A stretch of 59,702 bases of DNA, counting the filler. It is 4 parts of 4 records of this genome, joined end to end, with 100 filler letters (N's around TTAATTAATTAA, not from the genome) between each part and the next. Parts side by side here need not be neighbours in the genome. Positions count along the whole stretch, not along the records: positions 20,880 to 30,227 come from SRR2962707_4222; positions 30,328 to 46,553 come from SRR2962707_4223; 2 more parts are not named here. One strand, written 5' to 3'. Shown here in pieces: positions 27,549 to 36,835 of this stretch (position 1 is its first letter; every line of letters starts with the position of its first letter). The notes beneath the pieces were generated by a model. It did not search any database, was not told the DNA's origin, and saw only the letters and a list, made by a program, of their open reading frames with translations. The position numbers were made by a program, and so were the translations under genes.

Positions 27549-29252
27549 TTAGCTGACGGGGAACTGTGTCGCCTGCCCGGCCACGATGTACCAGGTGACG
27601 AAAAGGGCGTTGATGAAGGCGCCAGGCAGATAGCTGCCGGTGCGGCGCCAGGCGAAGGTGGACAGGAACGCCACGATCGAGAGCAGTGGCAGGAACTGCA
27701 TGGCAATCACGGTGTTGAGCGGCTCGTTCATCGAGAACAGATGACCACTGAACAGCAGCGTGCCGTACTGGAAGGCCAGGAACACCAGGAAGCCGAGCGC
27801 CAGCGCGCCGACATTGCTGAAGTACTGGACCAGACGGCTATCGCCAGCCACCGACAGACCAGTGTGCAGGCCACGCAGGGCGAACACGAAGAAAGCAGTG
27901 AACGGCACCAGATAGACCAGAGCGATCTTGAACTGGACAAGGCTCATCGGCTTGAGGGCAACAACCCAGAAGCGGAAGTCGATCTTGAACAGGAAGTCGG
28001 CGGCCAGCACGAACAGATAGCCGATACCCACGGTGGACAGCGCGATCAGCACGGCACCCCAGATGGGGCCACGGCCTTCGACCTTGTCGCCCTTGAGCAC
28101 GAAGCCGACCAGGAAGACGATCAGGCCGTTCAGAACCGCCCAGAAGGCGATCTGGCTGGTAATGGTCTGTGGCAGCAATGCCGAGGCCGGGAACAGCTGA
28201 CCTCCCCAGGCGAAGAACTGGTAGTAGGTCAGCACGGGCACAAAGGCGCTCAACGCGAAAGCAATCCACCACTTGGCCCCACGGCTGGTGTGTGCGGCTG
28301 GCACGGCAGTGGAACGCATGGCGGCAAAGGCGGGTGCGGCTAGCAGCATGTCGAATGTGCCGGCGAGCAGAACGACGAAGCCAATCAGAGCGATCAGCGT
28401 GCCGATTTCCTTCCAGAGCCAGATCTGGTCACCGGACGGGATTGGGTCAGCGCCATCGAGCGTCTGGGCGAACCAGTCGATGGAATAGCCGATGGCTTCT
28501 GGCGAAAGATGATCGCCGGGATGGGTGGTGTTGGGCATTTCGAGAACGCGGGCTGTGCCAGCGGCGATGTCGCCATAGATCTGGCCGGGCACAACGGTTT
28601 CGGTGGTGCCAAACACGGCCTGCAGCTTGGGGCTGGTCGGCGCATCCTGGGCACGATCAACGCCCCACATCAGCTGGCTGAACTCGTCATATTTCGAGAA
28701 CACGACTGACAGATTGCGTGGCCATTCGGTGGTGCCATCGGCAGCGAACGGCGCACCGGTGCTGGAGCCTTCAAGCACCATGGACTTGTAGCCATCGGGC
28801 AGCGCGCCAGCGGCAGCCAGAATGGTCCAGCCGCCCATGGAGTGACCTTCAAGACCGATATTGTCGACGTCGACGATATCGAGATTGCGCAGATAGGCCA
28901 GCGCGCCGGGTCCACCAAAGCCGTTGGCAAAGGCGGGCGCGTCGGAATAGCCATGACCGGACTGATCGAGCGCCAGCACGATATAGCCGCGACGGGCATA
29001 TTCGATGGCAAAGCCGGACTGGGTTTCGCGGCTGTTGATATAGCCATGAACCGCGAGAATGGCGGGGGCCTTGTTTTCGGCACTGACGCCGGGTGGCACA
29101 TAAAGCAGACCGCTCAGGGTCTGGCCGTTATTGCCGGTAAAACGCAGATCCTTGATGGTCACGTCGCCGGAGGTCTGAATGAAATGAGCGAGCGATGCGC
29201 CCAGAAGAATGATGACCCATCCAATATGGAACAGGCGGAATTTGCGTAACAT
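27549..29252 (-). CDS. Alpha/beta hydrolase fused to multi-TM C-terminal domain
   Basis: N-terminal TM, HGYINS, GHSMGG, candidate Asp (YDE) and His (THPGDH), about 8 C-terminal TM helices; GGGGAG RBS. Confidence 0.85.
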   Translation of the reverse strand: MLRKFRLFHIGWVIILLGASLAHFIQTSGDVTIKDLRFTGNNGQTLSGLLYVPPGVSAENKAPAILAVHGYINSRETQSGFAIEYARRGYIVLALDQSGHGYSDAPAFANGFGGPGALAYLRNLDIVDVDNIGLEGHSMGGWTILAAAGALPDGYKSMVLEGSSTGAPFAADGTTEWPRNLSVVFSKYDEFSQLMWGVDRAQDAPTSPKLQAVFGTTETVVPGQIYGDIAAGTARVLEMPNTTHPGDHLSPEAIGYSIDWFAQTLDGADPIPSGDQIWLWKEIGTLIALIGFVVLLAGTFDMLLAAPAFAAMRSTAVPAAHTSRGAKWWIAFALSAFVPVLTYYQFFAWGGQLFPASALLPQTITSQIAFWAVLNGLIVFLVGFVLKGDKVEGRGPIWGAVLIALSTVGIGYLFVLAADFLFKIDFRFWVVALKPMSLVQFKIALVYLVPFTAFFVFALRGLHTGLSVAGDSRLVQYFSNVGALALGFLVFLAFQYGTLLFSGHLFSMNEPLNTVIAMQFLPLLSIVAFLSTFAWRRTGSYLPGAFINALFVTWYIVAGQATQFPVS

Positions 29253-29316
29253 GTAGAGGCTCCCCTTGCTGTAGTGCGGGCCATTACCCGTCACTGACAT
29301 GTTACCTAGCCCCTAA

Positions 29317-29365
29317 TACGAAACCGAACGCGCCACAAACGAAATATTTGCGCGCATTAACGAAA
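29317..29365 (-). promoter_or_regulatory. Triple direct repeat TTTCGT(T/A) at 21-bp period; candidate DeoR/GlpR-type operator
   Basis: ACGAAA at + strand 29318, 29339 and 29360. Confidence 0.55.
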
Positions 29366-29435
29366 GCCGTTGATGACTTCCGTTGGCGCAGCGCGCGGGC
29401 TAGCCTGAAGCCCCAAACCCAAGAGTGGAATTGCC

Positions 29436-29927
29436 ATGAGCCAGCGCCCCTATGACGAAGCCAATCTGCGCCGCGCCTTCGCCGTGGCCAGTCAGTCGCG
29501 CGCGGGCGGCGACCACCCCTTTGGCGCGGTGCTGGCCGACAGCAAGGGTGTGATCCTGATGGAACAGGGCAATGGCTTTACCGCTGAGGGACGCGACCGC
29601 ACGGCGCATGCGGAAAAGCTGCTGGCGACACGGGCGGGCAAGACTTACAGCCTGACGGTATTGGCCGGGGCGACGCTGTACAGTTCGGCAGAACCCTGTG
29701 CGATGTGCGCGGGCGCGATCTATTGGGCGGGTATTGGCCGGGTGGTGTTCGGCCAGACCGAAGTGGCGCTCAAGGCGATCACCGGCGACAATCCGGAAAA
29801 CCCGACGCTGGACCTGCCCTGCGTGGTGGTATTTGAGGCCGGGCAGCGGCCAACCGAGGTAGTCGGCCCGCTGCTGGAGGATGAAGCCAGCGCGCTGCAG
29901 GCCGATTACTGGGGCAGCCGTGGCTAG
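29436..29927 (+). CDS. Nucleoside/nucleotide deaminase (CDA-like zinc fold)
   Basis: PFGAVL, HAE, EPCAMCAGA. Confidence 0.9.
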   Translation: MSQRPYDEANLRRAFAVASQSRAGGDHPFGAVLADSKGVILMEQGNGFTAEGRDRTAHAEKLLATRAGKTYSLTVLAGATLYSSAEPCAMCAGAIYWAGIGRVVFGQTEVALKAITGDNPENPTLDLPCVVVFEAGQRPTEVVGPLLEDEASALQADYWGSRG

Positions 29928-30227
29928 CTCGCCTGTTCGAGACGGTGGCGGTTTACAGCATCGAGGGCGCGCAGCATGACCGCTGAATCGGCGCCGGGCT
30001 TGCAGGCATCCACGCTCATGATCTGGCGGAACTGGCGGGCGCCGGGGAGACCGGCCGCCAGACCCAGCATATGGCGGGTGATGTTGTTGATGCGGGCACC
30101 GGCGGCGAGTTCGCGATCGGCATAATCGGCCATGGCGTGCATGACGGCGGCCAGGGTCACCGGCTCGGTGGTGGCGCCAAAGAAGCGTTGATCGACCTCG
30201 GCCAGCAGCATGGGATTGTGATAGGCG
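29924..30227 (-). CDS. dusA: tRNA dihydrouridine synthase A, C-terminal fragment (truncated by gap)
   Basis: AYHNPMLLAEVD, ITRHMLGL..GLPGARQFRQ..S. Confidence 0.85.
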
Positions 30228-30327
30228 NNNNNNNNNNNNNNNNNNNNNNNNNNNNNNNNNNNNNNNNNNNNTTAATTAATTAANNNNNNNNNNNNNNNNN
30301 NNNNNNNNNNNNNNNNNNNNNNNNNNN
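30228..30327. other. Artificial contig spacer
   Basis: N-run + TTAATTAATTAA + N-run. Confidence 0.99.
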
Positions 30328-30603
30328 GTATTGCATGGTGTCGTAAATCGACAAACCGGATGTCACAACGCCGCCGGGGCTATTGATATACATCGAAATT
30401 TCTTTTGACGGGTTTTCCGCCTCAAGGTGCAGCAACTGCGCAACGATCAACGACGACATGCCATCATGGACAGGGCCGGACAGGAAAATAATCCGCTCTT
30501 TCAGCAGACGCGAGAAGATGTCGTAAGCGCGTTCGCCCCGGCTGGTTTGTTCAACCACCATTGGGACAAGCGTGTTCATATAGGTATCGTGTGGATCGTT
30601 CAT
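30328..30603 (-). CDS. clpP: ATP-dependent Clp protease proteolytic subunit, N-terminal fragment
   Basis: [36 protein letters not shown]. Confidence 0.96.
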
Positions 30604-30854
30604 AAGCCTGCCTGATTGTGATGTCCGCGGGACCATACCCGCGAAACCGTTACCTACAGATTAGTCTCGCCATACTTGGGGTTCAAGGGGTGGTGTCCCA
30701 TCCAGTGGGGGCAAGGGGCAATTGGGCGCGATTTTCATTCTGCGGCCCCTGCCCGCTGTGCGCTGGTTTAGTGCGGCGCGACACCCGAAAGACGCCAAGC
30801 TGGCGTGCAAAAAAATATCGAAAAGTTTATCAATGCTGGTGCCCCTGCCACCGC

Positions 30855-30896
30855 ATGTCACAAAACCTTCATTCGGTCTGCACAGCATTGTGACAT
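30855..30896 (+). promoter_or_regulatory. Pho box array (PhoB) upstream of phoX
   Basis: 11-bp-period heptamers ATGTCAC-AAAA-CCTTCAT-TCGG-TCTGCAC-AGCA-TTGTGAC, resembling CTGTCAT-N4. Confidence 0.7.
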
Positions 30897-30943
30897 ATCA
30901 ATACGATGTTTCGCGACATCAAAGCAAACATGCAGGAGCTGCC

Positions 30944-32974
30944 ATGACCCGCCATGATATCCTTAATGATCCGTCTATCGGCAACAAAGCCGAAGCCTAC
31001 GAGGCTTTTGACGACATCCCGACGAACCCGAACCTTGAACGCACGATTGGCGATGTCATCAACGCCCGCTATGGTCGCCGCGACATCTTGCGCGGGATGT
31101 TGGGCGTCACAGCGACAACCACCCTGTTCGGCACCTCGGCCATGATAGCACCGCATCAGGCAAGCGCCGCCGGTCACGGCAGCCGCTACGCCTTTGACGA
31201 ACTGACATGGGGCAACGACGAAAACCACCACGTCGCAGATGGCTATGACGCGCAGGTTTTGCTGCGTTGGGGTGATCCCATTACCGCTGATGCGCCTGAA
31301 TTTGACGTGATGAACCAGACCGCTGCCGCGCAGCTCAAACAGTTCGGCTATAACAATGACTATGTTGGTTTTGTGCCCCTGAACCAAGATGGCACACGCG
31401 GCCTGCTGTGTGTGAACCACGAATACACCAACGAAGAGGTGATGTTCCCCGGTCTTGGCCGTCAGGACAACGTGGGATTTTCCGGCATGACCCCGGAACT
31501 GATCGACATTGAAATGGCCGCCCACGGTGGATCTGTTGTCGAGATCGCCAAGGACGCGAACGGCGCGTGGCAGGTTGTGCGCGATGGCAAAATGAACCGC
31601 CGCATCAGCCCGTTGGACACCGCAATGACCATCGACGGCCCTGCCGCAGGTCACGCGCGTCTGCAAACCAACGACGACCCCACCGGCACCAAGGTGATCG
31701 GCACGCTGAACAACTGCGCCGGTGGTCTGACCCCGTGGGGCACTTGGTTGATGGCCGAGGAAAACTTTCACGGGTATTTCTGGTCCGACAATCTGGATGC
31801 CGACGGCAAGCCCGTCATTGCGGACGACGCCCCAGAAGCCGCATCCTATAAGCGCTATGGCGTTCCGGGCATGTGGTACAACTGGGGTGCCGCCCACGAC
31901 CGGTTCAACGTCGACAAAGAACCCCACGCCCCCAACAAATTCGGCTGGGTCGTCGAAGTTGACCCGATGGACCCGACCTCGACCCCGATCAAACACACTG
32001 CATTGGGCCGCTTCCGTCACGAAGGTTCCGAAACAACCGTATCCAGCGATGGCCGTCTGGTGATCTACATGGGCGACGACAACCGCTTTGATTATCAGTA
32101 TAAATACGTGTCTGGCGGCAAAGTGACCGACGACCGCGCGGCCAATTCCAAACTGCTCAGCGATGGCACGCTTTATGTCGCGCGCTTTGACGAGGACGGC
32201 ACTGTGGCGTGGCTGCCCCTGACCCACGGCACCGGACCGCTCACTGCCGAAAACGGCTTCAATGACCAAGGCGACGTGATGATCGACACGCGCATCGCCG
32301 CCGATCTGCTGGGCGCGACCCCCATGGACCGCCCCGAAGACGCGCAGCCGCGTGGCGATGGCACGGCCTATATCATGCTGACCAACAACACCAAGCGCGG
32401 CGCAGATGACGTGAACGCCGCAAACCCCCGCCCCGAAAGCAGCTTTGGTCATATCATCGAGATCAAAGAACATGGCGGCAACCACGCCGCAACCACCGGC
32501 ACATGGTCGATCCTGGTAAAATGTGGCGATCCATCGCTGGCCGAAGTTGGCGCACAATGGAACCCGGACACATCGGAAAACGGTTGGTTCGGCAGCCCCG
32601 ACAACTGCGCCATCGACACCGATGGCCGTTTGTGGGTCAGCACCGATCAGGGCAGCGGTTGGGCCAAGACGGGCAAATCAGACGGGCTTTATGCCGTTGA
32701 GACCGAAGGCGACGCGCGCGGTACGTCCAAGCTGTTCTTCCGCTGCCCCGTCGGCGGAGAGATGTGCGGCCCCTACTTTACCGATGACGGCGAGACCCTG
32801 TTTGTCGCGGTTCAGCATCCGGGCACGGACGGGACAAAAAACCTGGCCGGTTTCGAACGCAACAGCACTTTTGAGGACCCGGCCACCCGTTGGCCGGACT
32901 TTGATCCTGCCATGCCACCGCGCCCGGCGGTGGTAGTCATCACCAAACAAGGCGGCGGCAAAATCGCCGTATGA
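30944..32974 (+). CDS. phoX: PhoX alkaline phosphatase (Tat-exported)
   Basis: GRRDILRG Tat motif, VNHEY, NCAGGLTPWGT...EEN, GRFRHE, MDRPED, PDN, GGEMCGP, VQHPG; AGGAG RBS. Confidence 0.95.
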   Translation: MTRHDILNDPSIGNKAEAYEAFDDIPTNPNLERTIGDVINARYGRRDILRGMLGVTATTTLFGTSAMIAPHQASAAGHGSRYAFDELTWGNDENHHVADGYDAQVLLRWGDPITADAPEFDVMNQTAAAQLKQFGYNNDYVGFVPLNQDGTRGLLCVNHEYTNEEVMFPGLGRQDNVGFSGMTPELIDIEMAAHGGSVVEIAKDANGAWQVVRDGKMNRRISPLDTAMTIDGPAAGHARLQTNDDPTGTKVIGTLNNCAGGLTPWGTWLMAEENFHGYFWSDNLDADGKPVIADDAPEAASYKRYGVPGMWYNWGAAHDRFNVDKEPHAPNKFGWVVEVDPMDPTSTPIKHTALGRFRHEGSETTVSSDGRLVIYMGDDNRFDYQYKYVSGGKVTDDRAANSKLLSDGTLYVARFDEDGTVAWLPLTHGTGPLTAENGFNDQGDVMIDTRIAADLLGATPMDRPEDAQPRGDGTAYIMLTNNTKRGADDVNAANPRPESSFGHIIEIKEHGGNHAATTGTWSILVKCGDPSLAEVGAQWNPDTSENGWFGSPDNCAIDTDGRLWVSTDQGSGWAKTGKSDGLYAVETEGDARGTSKLFFRCPVGGEMCGPYFTDDGETLFVAVQHPGTDGTKNLAGFERNSTFEDPATRWPDFDPAMPPRPAVVVITKQGGGKIAV

Positions 32975-33016
32975 CGAACCCTGAGCCATAGAACGGCCCC
33001 TATTTTTAGCAGGTGT

Positions 33017-33049
33017 TACGCCCGGAGTTCCCGCTCCGGGCGTATTTTT
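33017..33049 (+). terminator. Rho-independent terminator of phoX
   Basis: Stem TACGCCCGGAG/CTCCGGGCGTA followed by TTTTT. Confidence 0.88.
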
Positions 33050-33062
33050 ATCCAGGGGTCTT

Positions 33063-33102
33063 TTCGAGATGCGTATCGAATCATCTTTACAAAACTAGTT
33101 TT
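33063..33102. promoter_or_regulatory. Candidate ArsR operator
   Basis: Inverted repeat TTCGA-N8-TCGAA and palindrome AAAACTAGTTTT just upstream of arsR. Confidence 0.5.
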
Positions 33103-33120
33103 ATAGTTTTGATTGATCCC

Positions 33121-33435
33121 ATGACAGATCACATCAAAACCGCCCGCTCCCTTGCTGCCCTTGGTCACGACACGCGTCTGGCCGTCTTTCGCCTACTTGT
33201 TCGCGCCGGCCATGACGGTCTGAACGTGGGCGAGATTGGCCAACACCTAGGGGCAGCCCCCTCAACCCTTGCGCATCACCTTAGCGCTTTGGTCGATGCG
33301 GGGCTGGTCATTCAGACCCGTCAGGGGCGGCAAATCGTTAACCGCGTAGATTTCGACGCAATGCAAGAAACAGTGGCCTTTTTGACGTCAGAATGCTGCG
33401 TCGGGGTCACATTAAACAAGGAAGACGCCGCATGA
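33121..33435 (+). CDS. arsR: ArsR/SmtB repressor with C-terminal CC
   Basis: LAALGHDTRLAVFRLLV, PSTLAHHL..L..AGLV, FLTSECC. Confidence 0.9.
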   Translation: MTDHIKTARSLAALGHDTRLAVFRLLVRAGHDGLNVGEIGQHLGAAPSTLAHHLSALVDAGLVIQTRQGRQIVNRVDFDAMQETVAFLTSECCVGVTLNKEDAA

Positions 33436-34484
33436 GCGATATCACCCTCCCCCCGCGTAACCGTGGCGTCGATCTACTGCGCCACATCTGGACGAATGAA
33501 CGTGTTTGGCTGTTTTGCGCAGGCCTGCTGGCTGTGCTTTTCATCTTTAACCCACCCCAAGCCATCACCAGCGCGCAGTTCGCCGCTACCAACCTTATGA
33601 ATGTCGCGCCGTTTTTGATCCTGTCGATCGGGATCGCCGCCTATGCGGGGGCGACCGGCGCGGACGGGTTGATCGCGCGTGCCTTTACCGGGTCGCCTGC
33701 CATCATGATCATGATTGCGGCGCTTGCGGGCGGGCTATCACCGTTTTGTTCCTGCGGGGTCATCCCGCTGATTGCCGCCTTGCTTGCCATGGGCGTGCCC
33801 CTGTCGGCTGTCATGGCTTTTTGGTTGGCATCGCCCGTCATGGACCCGTCGATGTTCTTTCTAACCACCGGCGTCTTGGGTTTTGAATTTGCTATAGCCA
33901 AAACGCTGGCCGCCGTGGGCCTTGGGGTCTTTGGCGGGGTCGTGGTGCATTTCATGTCCAAGGCTGGCGGCCTGACCGATCCTCTGCGCGAAGGCGTGGG
34001 CAACGGCGGCTGTGGTGCCTCAAAGGTGCGCAGCGTGCAGACCGTCGTATGGAAATTCTGGCAAGACGACGCCCGCGTGACCAAATTCTGGCGCGAGGCC
34101 GTGAAGACCACCTTTTTCCTCGCCAAATGGCTGACGCTCGCCTTTTTGCTGGAAAGCCTGATGCTGGCCTGGATCCCTGCCGAACTGATCACAAGCGTCT
34201 TGGGCGGCACGGGATTTGCCCCCATCGGCATGGCAACATTGGTCGGCGTGCCAGCTTATCTGAACGGTTACGCGGCGCTGCCATTGGTCGGCGGATTGAT
34301 GGGCCAAGGCATGGCACCGGGCGCGGGTCTTGCGTTCTTGGTGGCGGGCGGCGTCACATCTCTGCCCGCCGCCATCGCCGTCTGGGCCTTGGTCAAAAAG
34401 CCGGTGTTCTTCCTATATGTCTCCCTCGCGCTTGTCGGATCACTGACCAGCGGGATTTTGTTCCAGCTGTGGATGACCCTCTGA
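33432..34484 (+). CDS. arsP: ArsP/DUF318 family permease
   Basis: SPFCSCGVIP, FWLASP, two repeated hydrophobic halves; ATGA overlap with arsR. Confidence 0.82.
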   Translation: MSDITLPPRNRGVDLLRHIWTNERVWLFCAGLLAVLFIFNPPQAITSAQFAATNLMNVAPFLILSIGIAAYAGATGADGLIARAFTGSPAIMIMIAALAGGLSPFCSCGVIPLIAALLAMGVPLSAVMAFWLASPVMDPSMFFLTTGVLGFEFAIAKTLAAVGLGVFGGVVVHFMSKAGGLTDPLREGVGNGGCGASKVRSVQTVVWKFWQDDARVTKFWREAVKTTFFLAKWLTLAFLLESLMLAWIPAELITSVLGGTGFAPIGMATLVGVPAYLNGYAALPLVGGLMGQGMAPGAGLAFLVAGGVTSLPAAIAVWALVKKPVFFLYVSLALVGSLTSGILFQLWMTL

Positions 34485-34489
34485 ACGCG

Positions 34490-35524
34490 TTACTTTGACA
34501 GACATTCGGTAAACGACGTTGCAAGCCCCTGGATCACCTCGCCATACAGCGCAGGCCCGGGGGTAAGCGCTGCGCCCAAGGGATCAAGCGGCGCTGATTT
34601 CATGTCGCCCCCCTCGGCCAAGGCGGCAACAAGACCCGGGTTGAATTGCGGTTCGGTAAAGACACAGACGGCATTGACCGATTGCACCACCTCGCGCACC
34701 TCGGCCAGCCGCGCTGCACTGGGGGCACTGCCATCACTGAGGGAAAGCGCCGCGCTGGCCTCAACCCCGAAACGCGCCTCGAAATAGTGGTAGGCATCGT
34801 GGAAAACCGCAAAAGGTCGGCCCTGTAGGGGTGTCAGCTGCGCTTGGATGCTGGTTTGCAAATCGGTCAGCTCCGCCTGCCCCTTGGCCGCATTGGCCGC
34901 GTAAATGGCGGCGTTTTCGGGATCAAGTTGGCCAAGCACATCCGAGATCGCCCCAAGCCACAAGGACGCATTGACCGGATCAAGCCAGAGATGCGGATCA
35001 ACGGCACCCGCCGCGTGATTATGCCCATCATGGTCATCGTGATCGTCGTGGTCGTCCTCGTCGTCATGGCCATCGTCCTCGGCATGGTCATCGTGATCTT
35101 CATCTTCCTCATGCGCATCATGACCTTCTTCGCCCGCATGATCATCATGATCCTCATCGTGATCATGGGCCTCAAACGCCACACCTGCGCGGTTTTTCAA
35201 CACCAGGGTGCCTGCGACATCCTCCAGCTCAAGATGCAGCGCATCGCCTGCCAATGCGTCGATCGGTTCGCCCATCCAAGGGGTCAACGCATGGCCAACC
35301 CACACCACCAAATCAGCCCCGGCCAACGCGCGCGCCTCGGACGGGCGCATGGCATAGCTGTGCGGCGACGCGCCCGGCGGGATCGTCAGATCAGGCGTAC
35401 CCACCCCGGCCATCACCTGAGACACAAGCGAATGAACCGGCGCAATATCCGTCGCCACGCGGGGAACGTCGGCCCATGCCGCAGTGGATAAAAGCACGAA
35501 AGAGGCAGGCAGTAGATAGCGCAT
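34490..35524 (-). CDS. znuA: Zinc ABC transporter substrate-binding protein
   Basis: SPHSY, long His/Asp/Glu loop, DPHLWLDP, FHDAYHYFE, EPQF. Confidence 0.93.
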   Translation of the reverse strand: MRYLLPASFVLLSTAAWADVPRVATDIAPVHSLVSQVMAGVGTPDLTIPPGASPHSYAMRPSEARALAGADLVVWVGHALTPWMGEPIDALAGDALHLELEDVAGTLVLKNRAGVAFEAHDHDEDHDDHAGEEGHDAHEEDEDHDDHAEDDGHDDEDDHDDHDDHDGHNHAAGAVDPHLWLDPVNASLWLGAISDVLGQLDPENAAIYAANAAKGQAELTDLQTSIQAQLTPLQGRPFAVFHDAYHYFEARFGVEASAALSLSDGSAPSAARLAEVREVVQSVNAVCVFTEPQFNPGLVAALAEGGDMKSAPLDPLGAALTPGPALYGEVIQGLATSFTECLSK

Positions 35525-35539
35525 GGCGATGCTCCATTT

Positions 35540-35582
35540 TGTTATAATGTAACGCTTGATAGATCAGATGTTATAACATATC
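35540..35582. promoter_or_regulatory. Two Zur boxes in the znuA/zur divergent intergenic region
   Basis: TGTTATAATGTAAC (35540-53) and perfect palindrome ATGTTATAACAT (35568-79). Confidence 0.75.
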
Positions 35583-35609
35583 AATACCCAAACCTGCAGC
35601 GGAGGCAAA

Positions 35610-36092
35610 ATGACCACCATCGGATTTGAAACCCACGATCACCACGCCTGTGTCAACGACACCATGGCCAAGGCAGAAAGCCGCTGTGCCGCCCTTGATC
35701 TGCGGCTTACACCCGTGCGCCGCCGGGTCTTGGAACTGCTGCTGGCAGAACATCGCGCGCTTGGGGCCTATGATATCTTGGGGCATCTGTCTGTTGAAGG
35801 GCTGGGTACCCAGCCCCCTGTCGCCTATCGCGCGCTTGATTTTCTGGTCAAAGCCGGGTTCGCCCACCGGATCGAGGCGCTGAATGCCTATACCGCCTGC
35901 GCCCATCTGGGTCAGGATCACACGCCCGCCTTTCTAATCTGTCGCAGTTGTCAGTCGGTTGCCGAAAGCGACACGACACTGACCCAAGGGCGTCTTGGCA
36001 AAGCAGCCCGCGCTGCCGGTTTCCACATTGAACACACCGTCGTCGAGGCCCAAGGCCTCTGCCCTGCGTGCCAGCCGCAGGATGCCGCATGA
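35610..36092 (+). CDS. zur: Zinc uptake regulator
   Basis: HDHHAC, LTPVRRRVLE, PPVAYRALDFL, two CxxC. Confidence 0.93.
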   Translation: MTTIGFETHDHHACVNDTMAKAESRCAALDLRLTPVRRRVLELLLAEHRALGAYDILGHLSVEGLGTQPPVAYRALDFLVKAGFAHRIEALNAYTACAHLGQDHTPAFLICRSCQSVAESDTTLTQGRLGKAARAAGFHIEHTVVEAQGLCPACQPQDAA

Positions 36093-36835
36093 GCCTTATT
36101 TCAACGCATAACCTGACCCTTGTTCTGGACGGTCAAACCGTTCTGAAGAACGTGAATATCGCCATCAACCGCGGTGAAATCGTGACCATCGTCGGCCCGA
36201 ACGGGTCGGGCAAATCCAGCCTGCTGCGCGCCCTGATCGGCGCGTTGAAGCCCGCCAGCGGTACAGTGACCCGCGCCGAAGGCCTGCGCATCGGATATGT
36301 GCCGCAAAAGCTGCAAATTGATGCCACCTTGCCGCTGACCGTTCATGGATTTCTGAACCTGCCAAATCGCCAGCCCCGCGCTGTTGTTGAGGATGCTTTG
36401 AAAAAGGCTGGTGTCGGCGATCTGGCGAAACGTCAGATGGTCGATCTTTCCGGCGGGCAATTTCAACGTGTCCTGTTGGCCCGCGCCTTGCTGAATACCC
36501 CCGACATTCTGATTTTGGACGAGGCGACCCAAGGGCTGGACCAACCCGGTGCAGCCGCATTTTACCGTCAGATCGAAGACGTCCGTCGCGATATGGGCTG
36601 TGCTGTGCTGATGGTCAGCCACGATTTGCACGTGGTCATGGCCGCGTCGGACCGTGTGGTGTGCCTGAACGGGCATGTCTGCTGCGAAGGCACCCCCGAG
36701 ATTGTCGCCGACGCCCCCGAATACCGCGCCCTGTTCGGGACCGGAACCCAAGGGGCCTTTGCCCTGTACCGGCACGAACACACCCATTCACATGACCACG
36801 ATCATGACCACACTCACTGCGACGGGGATCACTAA
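36089..36835 (+). CDS. znuC: Zinc ABC transporter ATPase
   Basis: GPNGSGKS, LSGGQFQR, LDE, SHDLH, CLNGHVCC, His-rich tail. Confidence 0.94.
   Translation: MSLISTHNLTLVLDGQTVLKNVNIAINRGEIVTIVGPNGSGKSSLLRALIGALKPASGTVTRAEGLRIGYVPQKLQIDATLPLTVHGFLNLPNRQPRAVVEDALKKAGVGDLAKRQMVDLSGGQFQRVLLARALLNTPDILILDEATQGLDQPGAAAFYRQIEDVRRDMGCAVLMVSHDLHVVMAASDRVVCLNGHVCCEGTPEIVADAPEYRALFGTGTQGAFALYRHEHTHSHDHDHDHTHCDGDH

Noticed and set aside
30657..30690. RpoH-like promoter for clpP (CCCCTTGAA ... ACTAAT on minus strand)
   Set aside because: Plausible -35 but a poor -10 match; not supportable without a TSS
30869..32557. 562-aa ORF antisense to phoX
   Set aside because: Shadow ORF produced by the strong codon bias of phoX; no motifs, no RBS
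35010..35170. Low-complexity (CAT/GAT/GTC)n-like repeats
   Set aside because: Encode the normal His/Asp-rich loop of ZnuA; not a CRISPR or VNTR
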